A program made the translations under genes and the position numbers. Below are positions 19,244 to 30,269 of a DNA stretch of 64,000 nt, in pieces. Numbering within the stretch: the stretch's first letter is position 1; the number at the start of each line of letters is the position of its first letter. The notes under the pieces were generated by a model, which saw only the letters and a list, made by a program, of their open reading frames with translations, made no database searches and was not told the DNA's origin. Source of the stretch: a virus (taxonomy: Duplodnaviria > Caudoviricetes); the IMG/VR virus record IMGVR_UViG_3300025357_000008, positions 96,001 through 160,000 of that record; one strand, written 5' to 3'.

Positions 19244-20014
19244 ATGCAAGTGCAAAACAGAACCGATTTTACTAACTATTGCTTACGTAGGCTTGGTGCA
19301 CCTGTAATTGAAATTAACGTTGACCCAGACCAAATACAAGACCGTATTGACGATGCTCTTCAATATTGGCAAGATTATCACTATGATGGTATTCAAAAAT
19401 GTTATTGGATTAAACAAATTGATTCTACTGATATTGCTAATCAATATCTAGATTGTTCAAATGCGGTAGATTCAAATAACAATTCAGTTCAAATTATTGG
19501 TGTTTCAAGAATCTTTCCGTATACAGATTCACAGGCAAACGTCAATATGTTTGACTTAAGATACCAATTACGTTTAAATGAACTGTACGATTTCACATCA
19601 GCTTCATACGTTAACTTCACATTAACACAACAGCACCTTCGTTCACTAGAACTTATGTTCACTGGTGAAATACCAATTCGTTTTAACAGACACATGCAAC
19701 GTCTTTATATTGACCAAGCATGGGGTAACGAAGAAGCTCCTGCAGGTGAAGTTATTGTTGCAGAAGCATATGCAATTATTAATCCAGACCAATATAATAA
19801 AGTTTGGGACGACCGTTGGTTAAAACTATATGCAACAGCATTAATTAAAAAACAATGGGGTAATAATCTTGCTAAATTCTCAGGTCTTCAATTACCTGGT
19901 GGTGTTAAACTAGACGGACAAAAGATTCAAGAAGATGCTGACAATGAAATTAAGTATCTACAAGAACAAATGCAGAATGAATATGGTGCACCGTTAGAAT
20001 GGTTTATGAATTAA
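19244..20014 (+). CDS. gp13: neck protein gp13
   Basis: YCLRRLGAPVIEINV, KQWGNNLAKF.G.QLPGGV.LDG; synteny. Confidence 0.92.
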   Translation: MQVQNRTDFTNYCLRRLGAPVIEINVDPDQIQDRIDDALQYWQDYHYDGIQKCYWIKQIDSTDIANQYLDCSNAVDSNNNSVQIIGVSRIFPYTDSQANVNMFDLRYQLRLNELYDFTSASYVNFTLTQQHLRSLELMFTGEIPIRFNRHMQRLYIDQAWGNEEAPAGEVIVAEAYAIINPDQYNKVWDDRWLKLYATALIKKQWGNNLAKFSGLQLPGGVKLDGQKIQEDADNEIKYLQEQMQNEYGAPLEWFMN

Positions 20015-20015
20015 C

Positions 20016-20903
20016 ATGGCAACTAATCATTACTTCAATAACTACGGCTCGATTGGTGAACAAAGAGTTATTGAAGATTTAATCGTTGAGTCAATTAAAA
20101 CAATGGGCTTTGATGCTCAGTATTTACCCAACAACAACGACCAAGCAAGAGATTTACTATACGGTGAAGACCCAGTAAAACAATTCAACTCTGCATTTAC
20201 AGTTGAGATGTATCTTCAAAACTCAACAGAGTACGGCGGTGAAAGAGAATTCTTTTCTAAGTTTGGCTTAGAAATTAAAAACAATGTGACAGTTCTGGTT
20301 TCAAGACGTTCATTCAACGAAAGAGTACCACAAAATACTTACAACAGACCTCGTGAAGGTGACTTGGTTTATATACCATTTTTAAACGGTACCGGTGAAC
20401 TCTATGAAATCAAATTTGTCAATCAAACAAAAGACTTCTTTATGTTGGGTAGAAAGTATCCTTATTTCTATGAACTAGAAATGGAAAAATTCAAATACTC
20501 ACAAGAAGTTTTGCAGACTGGTGCACCAGATGTCGATTCTATTGTTGCACAATCTGGTTATACAATTGACCTTGATGTCAATATTAGCACTGGTAACGGA
20601 ACTTATCAACATCAAGAAATTGCATTCCAGTCACTCGACAATACATTGTTAAACGCTTTTGCATATGGTACAGTACAAGAATGGGTGCCAAGTGCTAACG
20701 TGTTGACTGTAAGTAATATTTTTGGTGAGTTTACATCTGGTTCTAATGTGAGAGGTCAAACAAGTAATGCATCATACAGCATCACAACTTATGATGAGAT
20801 GCAAAACAATACAGAGACAGAAGTATATGATAATGAGTTGATTCTAAGCAACGCAAATACTATTATCGACTTCTCAGAATCAAATCCTTTTGGTAGTATA
20901 TAA
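20016..20903 (+). CDS. gp14: neck/head closure protein gp14
   Basis: EDLIVESIK, FSKFGLEI, RPREGDLVY, DFSESNPFG. Confidence 0.92.
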   Translation: MATNHYFNNYGSIGEQRVIEDLIVESIKTMGFDAQYLPNNNDQARDLLYGEDPVKQFNSAFTVEMYLQNSTEYGGEREFFSKFGLEIKNNVTVLVSRRSFNERVPQNTYNRPREGDLVYIPFLNGTGELYEIKFVNQTKDFFMLGRKYPYFYELEMEKFKYSQEVLQTGAPDVDSIVAQSGYTIDLDVNISTGNGTYQHQEIAFQSLDNTLLNAFAYGTVQEWVPSANVLTVSNIFGEFTSGSNVRGQTSNASYSITTYDEMQNNTETEVYDNELILSNANTIIDFSESNPFGSI

Positions 20904-21886
20904 TGGCAAACGTATTTTATAATAGAGTAATCAGAAAACTTGTTGTCGGTTTTGGCAACTTGTTTAATAACATTACGCTTGTCAGATACAATCCGGATGA
21001 ATCAGAGGCTCAAAGATTTCTTGTACCGATTGCTTATGCACAGAAAGAATTATACGTTCAACGTCTAGAAGGTGATCCTAACCTTGACAAAAAAGTTCAA
21101 CTAACTTTACCAAGAATGTCATTTGAGATGACAGGGTTCAAGTATGATGCAAGCAGAAAACAAAATACAAACATCAAGAACTTTTCCCAAAACGGTTCTT
21201 CTTTGTCAACTCAATACAATCCTGTACCATACGATTTTGATTTCTCATTAAACATATATGTAAGAAATATCGAAGACGGTACTCAAATGATTGAGCATAT
21301 TTTACCGTATTTCACACCAGACTATACGATTAAGTTAAACTTAATACCTGAAATGGGTATCACAAAAGAGATACCAATTATTTTAAACTCAACAGACCAA
21401 GAAATAATCTATGAGGGCAACAGAGATGCAGACCCTAGAATGATTATCTGGACTCTTAATTTTACTGTAAAAGGTTTCATCTATGGTGGTACAACGTCTG
21501 CAAATGTTATTACGACATCAATCACAAACATTTTTAGCAATCCGACTTTTGGTGAAGATGTACAGTTTACGATGTCTTCTTCGGGTCTTGGCGACTATCA
21601 ACCAGGCGAAAAAGTATATCAGGGGTATTCTTTAAATACCGCTACCGCAACTGCTACTGCCGTCAACTGGTCAAACACGACACATACTTTAGTTGCTTCT
21701 GATGTTTCCGGCAACTTCATTTCAAATCAACCAATCATTGGTGCAGTCACAAACACAAAAAGAAATTTCATATCATTTGCATTGACACCGCATTTATATG
21801 CAAATTCTGTAACTACACCTTCACCTAACACAGCAACAGCAAACTCAAATTATACATATAATACTGTAATAACTGAAAGACCATAG
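20903..21886 (+). CDS. gp15: tail sheath stabilizer/completion protein gp15
   Basis: FGNLFNNI, VPIAY, LPRMSFEM, EHILPYFTP. Confidence 0.92.
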   Translation: MANVFYNRVIRKLVVGFGNLFNNITLVRYNPDESEAQRFLVPIAYAQKELYVQRLEGDPNLDKKVQLTLPRMSFEMTGFKYDASRKQNTNIKNFSQNGSSLSTQYNPVPYDFDFSLNIYVRNIEDGTQMIEHILPYFTPDYTIKLNLIPEMGITKEIPIILNSTDQEIIYEGNRDADPRMIIWTLNFTVKGFIYGGTTSANVITTSITNIFSNPTFGEDVQFTMSSSGLGDYQPGEKVYQGYSLNTATATATAVNWSNTTHTLVASDVSGNFISNQPIIGAVTNTKRNFISFALTPHLYANSVTTPSPNTATANSNYTYNTVITERP

Positions 21887-21888
21887 CT

Positions 21889-22302
21889 ATGGACAAACTT
21901 GATAAGAACATGACTGAAATATTTGATATTGAACCTAAAGCAACAGAAATTGTTAAGGTTGAAAAACCACAAGTACCTGTTGCAACTGAAGAACTCAAAC
22001 ACGACTTAGAAGATGCATATCAGCAGTCTAAAGATAATCTACAACATATCATAGACCAAGGTAAAGATGCAATGGAAGAAATTCTAAACATTGCAAAAAA
22101 CAGTCAGCACCCAAGAGCGTTTGAAGTTTACGGTACTCTTTTAAAAAATATGACTGAGGCAAACAAAGAACTTCTAAGCATACAGAAACAGATGAGAGAA
22201 ATTAGCGGTACAAAATCAGAAGCGGCTCAAACAACTATTGACAAAGCAGTTTTTGTAGGTACAACAGCAGACTTTAATAAGTTGCTAAAAGGTAAAGTGT
22301 AA
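21889..22302 (+). CDS. gp16: terminase small subunit gp16
   Basis: HPRAFEV and FVGTT motifs; lies upstream of gp17. Confidence 0.9.
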   Translation: MDKLDKNMTEIFDIEPKATEIVKVEKPQVPVATEELKHDLEDAYQQSKDNLQHIIDQGKDAMEEILNIAKNSQHPRAFEVYGTLLKNMTEANKELLSIQKQMREISGTKSEAAQTTIDKAVFVGTTADFNKLLKGKV

Positions 22303-23987
22303 TGGCCGTACAAAATAAAGATTCCTACCGTGACAATCCGTTACTTAAAAAAGTAGGCGTTGAACACCCCTATACACAAGAACAAGCAGAAGAATATGCA
22401 AAGTGTGCTTCAGACCCAGTATACTTTGCAATGAATTATATTAAAATTGTTAACGTTGATGAAGGTCTGATACCGTTTAAGATGTGGGACTTTCAAAAAG
22501 AAATGATTAAAGTCTACCATGAAAATCGTTTCTCAATTACAAAATGTCCTCGTCAGGTTGGTAAAACAACAACATCAGTTGCTTATCTTCTTTGGTCTAC
22601 AATCTTTACCGATTCACAATCAGTTGCAGTTCTAGCTAACAAAGGTTCTCTTGCACGAGACATCTTAGCTAAGTATCAACTAGCATATGAAAACTTACCT
22701 ATGTGGCTACAGCAAGGTGTTGTTACATGGAACAAAGGTAACGTAGAACTTGAAAATGGTTCTAAGATTATTGCCGCTTCAACATCAAGTTCTGCAATTC
22801 GAGGTGGATCATTTAACATTGTATTCTTAGATGAATTCGCTTTCGTTCCTAATAATATTGCTGAAGAATTCTTTAACTCTGTTTATCCTGTAATCTCTTC
22901 CGGTAAAACATCTAAGATTATTATAGTTTCGACACCTAACGGTATGAATCTATTCTACAAGTTATGGATGGATGCAATCGGTAAGAAGAACGGTTATAAA
23001 CCTTTTGAAATTCACTGGTCAATGGTGCCTGGTAGAACTGAGGCATGGAAAGAAGAAACAATTCGTAACACTTCTTTACGTCAGTTCCAGCAAGAGTTTG
23101 AAACAGAATTCTTAGGCTCGTCAAATACTTTGATTTCTGGCTACAAGTTAGCACAGTTAAGGTACATGGATGCGATTGCAGAACATGACCTGATGAAGAT
23201 ATACGAGCATCCTATTAAGACAGACGGTATTAAATACGTCAAAGATAGACTGTATTGTATTGTCGTAGACGTTTCAGAAGGCAAAAACTTAGACAGTTCT
23301 GCTTTCTCAGTCATAGATATATCAGAGTTACCATATAAACAGGTGGCAACTTATAAGAGTTCTTCTATTACACCGCTATTGTTCCCAACAGTTATCTACA
23401 ATGCGGCTCGTTATTACAATGATGCTTACGTACTGGTAGAAATAAACAACACACCACAGATTGCAGATACTTTACATGCCGATTTAGAATACGAAAATCT
23501 ATGGAAAGTATTTACCGGTAACAAGAAACCACAACAATTGTCTGCCGGTTTTGCTAGAGGAGTTCAATTAGGACTTAAAATGTCACCACAAGTTAAGAAG
23601 ATTGGTACTTCTAACTTGAAAACTTTGATTGAAGGTGACAAACTACTCATCAATGACTTTGCAACATACTCAGAATTGACAACATTCGTAGAAACTAAGA
23701 ACACTTTTGCCGCTGAACAGGGTGCAAATGATGACTTAGTGATGGGTTTGGTGATGTTTGGGTGGGTCACAACACAACCATATTTCAAAGAAATCGTTGC
23801 CCATGACCTAAGAAAACAAGTCCAATTAGAAAATATGAATCAGTTTGACGATGAAACAGTCGTTGAACCTATCATGGATGACGGTATGTCACACAATTTA
23901 GAACTTGTCGATGGCGACTTATGGGAAGTTGCTGACGGCAGTTCGGTATACAGCAGATTTATGCGAGATGCTATCAACAGTCTGTAA
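22302..23987 (+). CDS. gp17: terminase large subunit gp17
   Basis: Walker A PRQVGKTT, Walker B LDEFAF, STPNG, nuclease DVSEG and DDLVM. Confidence 0.97.
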   Translation: MAVQNKDSYRDNPLLKKVGVEHPYTQEQAEEYAKCASDPVYFAMNYIKIVNVDEGLIPFKMWDFQKEMIKVYHENRFSITKCPRQVGKTTTSVAYLLWSTIFTDSQSVAVLANKGSLARDILAKYQLAYENLPMWLQQGVVTWNKGNVELENGSKIIAASTSSSAIRGGSFNIVFLDEFAFVPNNIAEEFFNSVYPVISSGKTSKIIIVSTPNGMNLFYKLWMDAIGKKNGYKPFEIHWSMVPGRTEAWKEETIRNTSLRQFQQEFETEFLGSSNTLISGYKLAQLRYMDAIAEHDLMKIYEHPIKTDGIKYVKDRLYCIVVDVSEGKNLDSSAFSVIDISELPYKQVATYKSSSITPLLFPTVIYNAARYYNDAYVLVEINNTPQIADTLHADLEYENLWKVFTGNKKPQQLSAGFARGVQLGLKMSPQVKKIGTSNLKTLIEGDKLLINDFATYSELTTFVETKNTFAAEQGANDDLVMGLVMFGWVTTQPYFKEIVAHDLRKQVQLENMNQFDDETVVEPIMDDGMSHNLELVDGDLWEVADGSSVYSRFMRDAINSL

Positions 23988-24058
23988 AAGTGCTGGTGCA
24001 TAAATACCTTTATTGGTATAATCTGCCAAAAAGAACAAAATAATTCAAGGAGAAAACA

Positions 24059-25753
24059 ATGGCGATTCAAATCTCTCCAGGCGTAATCACTACTGAGATT
24101 GACTTAACTACAGTCGTTCCATCAGTACTTACGACTGCTGGTGCATTTGCTGGTGACTTCCAATGGGGTCCAGCCAATCACATTATGCTGGTAGACAGCG
24201 AAACAACTTTAGTAAACACATTTGGTCCTCCAGATGCAAACTCAGCAACTGCTTTCTTTACTGCCGCTAACTTCTTAGCATACGGTAATAATCTGAACGT
24301 AGTTCGTGCTGTAGGTGCTTTAAGTAACAATGCAGTTCAGAACTCTAGTTCACCTGGTGTTCAAATTATTAATGAAGAAGTTTACTTAGTAAATTATTTC
24401 AATGGTTCAGCAAACTCTTATGGTTCTTTTGCCGCAAGATATCCTGGTACACTAGGAAACTCAATTCAAGTTTCAGTTTGCGATACTTCAACACAGTTCT
24501 CATCATGGCAATATAAATCATTGTTTTCTTCAGCACCAGGAACTTCTGCTTCTGTAGCACAAGTCGGTGGTTCACAAGATGAGATGCACATTGTTGTTGC
24601 AGACGTTGGTGGTTTAATTACTGGTAACTCTGGACAAGTTCTTGAAACATTTGGTTTTGTTTCTAAAGCAGGTGATGCACAAATTAACGGCAATTCAAAT
24701 TACTGGAAACAAGTAATATTTGACAGGTCACAATACATCTATGCTATGGACCCACCAGAATATTCAGCAACTCATGCAACTTGGGGTTCAAATTCTGCAA
24801 ACACAACGTTCGTACAACTTTCAAACGTTGAAAATGCTTTCTTATCTCTTGGTACAAATCCAAAACCATCAGATGCAAATATTGAAAATGCTTATGGTTT
24901 ATTCGCTAACAAAGAGCATATCGACATTTCTTTAGTTCTAACTGGTGATGCAAACAATACAGTTCAAAACTATGTTTATAGCAACATCATTTCAACAAGA
25001 CAAGATTGCGTTGGATTCTTCTCGCCACCAGCTAACACAGTTGTAAACAATTGGGGTAGCGAAGCAAGTGCTGTTACAAATTATTTCCAAAGCACATTGA
25101 ATATTCAATCATCATATTTGGTTGCCGATTCAAACTGGAAATATCAATTTGACAAATACAACAACGTATATCGTTGGATTCCATTGAACGGTGATATTGC
25201 CGGTCTATGTGTAAACACAGATGCAGTTGCAGACCCATGGTTCTCACCAGCTGGTTTCAACCGTGGTGCAATTAAGAACGCTATCAAACTAGCATGGAAT
25301 CCTACGAAACCTGCAAGAGATACTTTGTATGCGGCAGGTATTAATCCAATCGTATCATTCCCTGGACAAGGTATCGTTCTATACGGTGACAAGACTCTAC
25401 AATCTAAGCCTTCTGCTTTTGACAGAATCAACGTTCGTAGATTGTTCTTAGTACTTGAGAAAGCAATTTCTACAGCCGCAAGATACTCATTGTTTGAATT
25501 CAATGATTCGTTTACACAAGCACAATTTGTTAACTTGGTAACACCATTCTTACGTGACGTTCAAGGTCGCCGTGGTATTACAAACTTCTACGTACAATGT
25601 GATTCAACTAATAACACACCACAAGTTATTAATGCAAATCAGTTTGTTGGTAGCATTTATGTTGTACCAAATCGTTCTACGAATTTCATTCAGTTGAACT
25701 TTGTTGCTGTAGATACAGGTGTTGACTTCTCAACAGTTGTTGGCTCAGTATAA
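24059..25753 (+). CDS. gp18: tail sheath protein gp18
   Basis: SPGV...EIDLT, WFSPAGFNRG, FDRINVRRLF. Confidence 0.96.
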   Translation: MAIQISPGVITTEIDLTTVVPSVLTTAGAFAGDFQWGPANHIMLVDSETTLVNTFGPPDANSATAFFTAANFLAYGNNLNVVRAVGALSNNAVQNSSSPGVQIINEEVYLVNYFNGSANSYGSFAARYPGTLGNSIQVSVCDTSTQFSSWQYKSLFSSAPGTSASVAQVGGSQDEMHIVVADVGGLITGNSGQVLETFGFVSKAGDAQINGNSNYWKQVIFDRSQYIYAMDPPEYSATHATWGSNSANTTFVQLSNVENAFLSLGTNPKPSDANIENAYGLFANKEHIDISLVLTGDANNTVQNYVYSNIISTRQDCVGFFSPPANTVVNNWGSEASAVTNYFQSTLNIQSSYLVADSNWKYQFDKYNNVYRWIPLNGDIAGLCVNTDAVADPWFSPAGFNRGAIKNAIKLAWNPTKPARDTLYAAGINPIVSFPGQGIVLYGDKTLQSKPSAFDRINVRRLFLVLEKAISTAARYSLFEFNDSFTQAQFVNLVTPFLRDVQGRRGITNFYVQCDSTNNTPQVINANQFVGSIYVVPNRSTNFIQLNFVAVDTGVDFSTVVGSV

Positions 25754-25756
25754 ATA
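25749..25756 (+). promoter_or_regulatory. T4-type late promoter (TATAAATA) for g19
   Basis: Exact gp55 consensus. Other exact copies at 30913, 33627, 48407, 53621, 54280 and 63451; NATAAATA variants precede several virion genes. Confidence 0.75.
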
Positions 25757-25773
25757 ACAAGTAGGAGAACACA

Positions 25774-26322
25774 ATGACATTCAACGTATCAGAATTTAGA
25801 GCACAATTGACAGGGGACGGTGCTCGTCCTAATCTGTTCAATGTGACTCTAACATTACCAAATATTGTAAAGAACGCTACAAATGCTGGCAAGAAATTAC
25901 AATTCATGGCTAAAGCCGCTCAGTTACCAGGTTCGACTGTTAACAATATACCGCTACACTACTTTGGTCGTGAAATTAAATTTGCAGGCAATAGAACATT
26001 CGCAGACTGGACATTAACAATCATCAATGATGAAGATTTCGTTATTCGTTCAGCTATGGAGAACTGGCTAAATAATATTAATAGCCATGCCGGCAACTTA
26101 CGTTCAGCAAATGCTGTAGGTCCAGCGAACTACACATGTGATGCTACTGTAACTCAGTACGGCAAAGCTGGCGACAATATTCAAGCATATGACTTTGTTG
26201 GTATGTTCCCAGTTGATGTTTCAACAATCGACTTAAATTGGGATACAACCGATTCAATTGAAGAGTACACGGTAACGTTTGCTTATCAATACTGGACAAA
26301 CAAAACAAGTACAGACGCTTAA
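25774..26322 (+). CDS. gp19: tail tube protein gp19
   Basis: GARPNLF, AAQLPGS, GR.IKFAGNRTFADW, FAYQYW. Confidence 0.95.
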   Translation: MTFNVSEFRAQLTGDGARPNLFNVTLTLPNIVKNATNAGKKLQFMAKAAQLPGSTVNNIPLHYFGREIKFAGNRTFADWTLTIINDEDFVIRSAMENWLNNINSHAGNLRSANAVGPANYTCDATVTQYGKAGDNIQAYDFVGMFPVDVSTIDLNWDTTDSIEEYTVTFAYQYWTNKTSTDA

Positions 26323-26331
26323 TTTTTCGTT

Positions 26332-26354
26332 GAAGGCCCTTCGGGGTCTTCTTT
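26332..26354 (+). terminator. intrinsic terminator after g19
   Basis: GAAGGCCC-TTCG-GGGTCTTC followed by a T-rich tract. Confidence 0.8.
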
Positions 26355-26384
26355 ATGTTTTTTGTGAAATGATAAAAAGGCAAT

Positions 26385-28109
26385 ATGAACCCATTAAATA
26401 AATTTTCTTTGTTTGGTTTTACGATTTCCCGTGACAAGGAAATTCAAAATCAACAAACACAACCATCATTCTCACCACCGAGCAATGACGATGGGGCGTT
26501 AACTATTACTTCTGCCGCTTATTACGGCACGTATGTAGACTTAGACGGTACGGCAAAAAATGAGGTAGAATTAATATCTCGTTACCGTGAAATGGCAATG
26601 CAACCAGAAATTGAATCTGCCATTGACGATATTGTAAATGAAGCTATTTGCCAAGATGACGAAGGCAACAGTATCAAAATTGTTATGGACAATGTAAGTG
26701 CTCCAGACAAAATCAAAAAAGCAATCAAATCAGAATTTAATACAATTCTAAGATTGATGAATTACCAGAATATGTCACAAGATATATTCAGAAGATATTA
26801 CGTAGACGGTAGACTTTATTACCATGTAATCATCGACAGAGAAAATCCAGTTGCCGGTATTAAAGAACTCAGATATATTGATCCACGTAAACTTAAGAAA
26901 GTTCGTGAGATTAAAAAGACTAAAGATGAGCGTACCGGTGTTGATATTATGAACGTAGTCAACGAATACTATATTTGGAACGACAAGGTCACTACAGGAT
27001 CGTCTTCCAGCTTCGGACCAGTAGGTGTACGTATAACCACAGACTCTGTGCTTTCCATCGTCTCTGGTCTCATGGATTCACGCCGTGCAGTTGTTTTATC
27101 TTACTTGCACAAAGCAATCAAACCACTCAATCAATTACGTATGATTGAAGATGCTACAGTTATTTACCGAATATCTAGAGCACCTGAAAGACGTATATTC
27201 TACATTGACGTTGGTAACTTACCTAAATTAAAAGCCGAACAATACCTACGTGACATCATGGTAAAGTACAAGAACAAACTTGTATATGATGCCAACACAG
27301 GTGAGGTTCGTGATGACCGTAAATTCTTGTCTATGATGGAAGACTTTTGGTTACCACGTAGAGAAGGTGGTAAAGGTACAGAAATCACTACATTACCTGG
27401 CGGACAAAACTTAGGCGAACTAGAAGACGTTAAGTACTTTGAAAAGAAGCTATATAAAGCGTTGTGTGTACCAGTTTCACGTTTGAATCCTGAGACTTCA
27501 GGTTTCTCGTTAGGTCGTACAAACGAGATTACAAGAGACGAATTAAAGTTTGCAAAATTTGTTGACCGTATGCGTCAGAAGTTTGCAGAAGTATTTGACC
27601 AAGCATTGAGAGTTCAATGTGTGCTCAAAGGTATTTGTAATGAAGAAGAATGGAAAGTCTTTAAAGAAGATATTCATTACAACTTTATTACCGATAACAA
27701 CTTTTCAGAACTCAAAGATGCTGAGTTAATGAAAGAAAGATTATCATTGTTGCAAGAAGTAGACCCATATACCGGTAGATATTTTTCACAAGCATGGATA
27801 CAGAAAAATGTTCTACGCTTTGACAATGACCAAATCAAGATTATGCAAACAGAGATTGAGAAAGAAAAAGAAGCTGGACTTGGTTTACCGGTTGAAGTTA
27901 CTAATCAAGTTGCTCAACAAGCAATGATGAGCACAGTACCAGAACAACCGATTCATCCAACAGACATAGAACATCAACAAGATATGGCTAAGAAAGATTT
28001 TGATAACAAGATTGAGTTAGCTAAATTGAAACCAAAACAAAAACCAGCGGTTAAAAAAGAAGAGATTGATGAACCTAATACGTTCGAAAGACTTAAAAGA
28101 ATTTTATAG
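26385..28109 (+). CDS. gp20: portal protein gp20
   Basis: IYRISRAPERRIFYIDVGNLP, EDFWLPRREGGKGTEITTLPG. Confidence 0.97.
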   Translation: MNPLNKFSLFGFTISRDKEIQNQQTQPSFSPPSNDDGALTITSAAYYGTYVDLDGTAKNEVELISRYREMAMQPEIESAIDDIVNEAICQDDEGNSIKIVMDNVSAPDKIKKAIKSEFNTILRLMNYQNMSQDIFRRYYVDGRLYYHVIIDRENPVAGIKELRYIDPRKLKKVREIKKTKDERTGVDIMNVVNEYYIWNDKVTTGSSSSFGPVGVRITTDSVLSIVSGLMDSRRAVVLSYLHKAIKPLNQLRMIEDATVIYRISRAPERRIFYIDVGNLPKLKAEQYLRDIMVKYKNKLVYDANTGEVRDDRKFLSMMEDFWLPRREGGKGTEITTLPGGQNLGELEDVKYFEKKLYKALCVPVSRLNPETSGFSLGRTNEITRDELKFAKFVDRMRQKFAEVFDQALRVQCVLKGICNEEEWKVFKEDIHYNFITDNNFSELKDAELMKERLSLLQEVDPYTGRYFSQAWIQKNVLRFDNDQIKIMQTEIEKEKEAGLGLPVEVTNQVAQQAMMSTVPEQPIHPTDIEHQQDMAKKDFDNKIELAKLKPKQKPAVKKEEIDEPNTFERLKRIL

Positions 28110-28118
28110 GAGACTTAA

Positions 28119-28673
28119 ATGACTAGCAGAGCAGTTATAGATTATACAATGGAAGACGATTCTCTTGGCGTAAGAGATGCTTTATATTCTGCAATTCAAG
28201 ACCGTGTTATGGCACATATTGAAGCAAAGAAAGCAGAAATAGCGGCAAACTTTATTACACCACATCAAGAAGAGACAGATGTTGAGGTCGATGAAGACCT
28301 AGAAAATGAGATGAAATATTATGCTAATGTACCAGAAGGTGTTGAGGTATTTGTACCAAAACAATCTATTACAGAAGCAAAAGATAAAAAGCCTAAAGAA
28401 GAGCACCCATGGAGAATGGACAAAGACCGTGAAGGTACTGGCTACCATGAAATCAATTCTGTGCGTCCTAAGACAGCATTAGTAAATGGTGTTCCTAAGA
28501 ACCTAGGTCTTGAGCATGATGGTGTTCATAGTCACGCTTTTGAGAATCAACATGAGGCAGAGAAAGCCGCATTTGATTTAGCGAGCCGTGGTCACATGTG
28601 TACTCATCACTGCCCACAAGGTTACGCTAAAGCGGTTATTCAACCACATCACTCAATGGCGATTGGTTATTAA
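28119..28673 (+). CDS. prohead core protein gp67-like with a His-rich C-terminal extension
   Basis: Follows gp20; helical N-terminus with an acidic tract. Confidence 0.5.
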   Translation: MTSRAVIDYTMEDDSLGVRDALYSAIQDRVMAHIEAKKAEIAANFITPHQEETDVEVDEDLENEMKYYANVPEGVEVFVPKQSITEAKDKKPKEEHPWRMDKDREGTGYHEINSVRPKTALVNGVPKNLGLEHDGVHSHAFENQHEAEKAAFDLASRGHMCTHHCPQGYAKAVIQPHHSMAIGY

Positions 28674-29155
28674 TGAAATCAATTAGAGAGTTTATTGATA
28701 TTAAATCATCCGAGGCGGAAACGCTTTCGGAGGACTCTCTATTGGAAGCCCCACAAGGTAAGGAAGTCTCTGCAACGAAGACTGACTTACCTTCTCTTTT
28801 GACGTTACAAAGAAAATCAATACGCCGTCTACCAAACGGTGAAAAGGTTGCTTTGTACTATGCCAGTAAGATTAATAAATATGTAACAATACCATATTCA
28901 GACGTTCATTCTGAAGAATATGAAAAAGGTAACAATTTAGAATGTCTTCAAGACATAGTAGAGAGCAATAAAGCTAATGCAATTATTTTTGAAGATGGTA
29001 AAACGATGATGGTAAATATTGCAACTGCAAAGAAAGTCTTAAGACTACACGAGTCTTTAGATGCCACAAATCGTTTAAAGATTTATAGAATGGTTGATGA
29101 GAGCAAAGAACAGTTTAAGAAAGTAGTTGGTTTTGCTTTCACACATATAAAATAA
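28673..29155 (+). CDS. putative prohead core-associated protein
   Basis: Between gp20 and gp21; TAATG coupling. Confidence 0.5.
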   Translation: MKSIREFIDIKSSEAETLSEDSLLEAPQGKEVSATKTDLPSLLTLQRKSIRRLPNGEKVALYYASKINKYVTIPYSDVHSEEYEKGNNLECLQDIVESNKANAIIFEDGKTMMVNIATAKKVLRLHESLDATNRLKIYRMVDESKEQFKKVVGFAFTHIK

Positions 29156-29163
29156 GGTAAAAA

Positions 29164-29676
29164 ATGGCAAATCAATATACATACCAAATTATAAAAGATA
29201 ATGTCAATCACACTATCATTAAATTGACTGGTCAGTTTGATGGTAGCGGTCAAGAATCTAATCTTAATAGAATTCAAGCAAACACACTTTACGGCGCTTT
29301 AAATACTGCCGGTGGTGCATTGTCAGGTGGTGGTACATCATTACCATTTTACGGATTATTAATCAATCGTGTTTGGTATGATGTTAGCGGTACAGGTAAC
29401 GCACAATTAGTTTGGTCTTCAGATACAGCACAAACTATATTCTATATGACTGGCGGACACGAATATGATGCTATGGGAAATTGGGTAACTATTCCTAACA
29501 ATGCATATGGTCAAGCTAACTGTAATGGAAATATTGGTATCATAACTCACGGTATGTCTGCAAACGATGGTTACAGTATTGTAGTAGAAGTACGTAAAGA
29601 TAACATCTATTATCAACGTGGACATCTTGATGATCCTGCTTCATTCAATTATGGCATTTATAGAACTACACCTTAA
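29164..29676 (+). CDS. hypothetical virion protein, paralog of 29679..30269
   Basis: MANxYTYQ...IKLTGxFDGxGQE...YQRG..DPA.FNYGIY shared. Confidence 0.7.
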   Translation: MANQYTYQIIKDNVNHTIIKLTGQFDGSGQESNLNRIQANTLYGALNTAGGALSGGGTSLPFYGLLINRVWYDVSGTGNAQLVWSSDTAQTIFYMTGGHEYDAMGNWVTIPNNAYGQANCNGNIGIITHGMSANDGYSIVVEVRKDNIYYQRGHLDDPASFNYGIYRTTP

Positions 29677-29678
29677 TC

Positions 29679-30269
29679 ATGGCTAACAAATATACTTACC
29701 AAGTTTTAAGAGATACTACAACAGATGCTGTGATTAAACTCACAGGCAGTTTTGATGGTACTGGACAAGAAGCAAACACATCTAGAATTCAAGCAAATAG
29801 TCTTGCTGGTGCGATTGCAACTAACGGTTATCTTGTAGCAAATTCTACAAATTCTTTTGCTAATACACCTTTATCATATTACGACCTTCAGTTAACCGGT
29901 TTAAAATATTTTGTCAACTTCCCAACAAATACTGTTGGTGGTGTCGAAATCTTTTGGTCTGGCAACGGCACATCATTCTCAACACAGTATGCAAACTCTG
30001 CAACGATAGTGCATTTGAATGGTCAAGGTGAGATGGGTATGGGAGAACAATTACCATCTATTCTAAATAATTCTGGTGCAACAGCAAACGGATATATTAT
30101 ACCAGCAAACGTTGGTCTTGGTGATATCGGTGTTACTACACAAGGTGCAACTGCAAACTGTGCGTATACATTAATATTGCAAGTGAGAAAGAATAACGCT
30201 CAATATCAACGTGGTCAGTTCAATGATCCGGCCGCATTTAACTACGGAATATACAAACAAATACCATGA
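29679..30269 (+). CDS. hypothetical virion protein, paralog of 29164..29676
   Basis: Same N- and C-terminal motifs. Confidence 0.7.
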   Translation: MANKYTYQVLRDTTTDAVIKLTGSFDGTGQEANTSRIQANSLAGAIATNGYLVANSTNSFANTPLSYYDLQLTGLKYFVNFPTNTVGGVEIFWSGNGTSFSTQYANSATIVHLNGQGEMGMGEQLPSILNNSGATANGYIIPANVGLGDIGVTTQGATANCAYTLILQVRKNNAQYQRGQFNDPAAFNYGIYKQIP

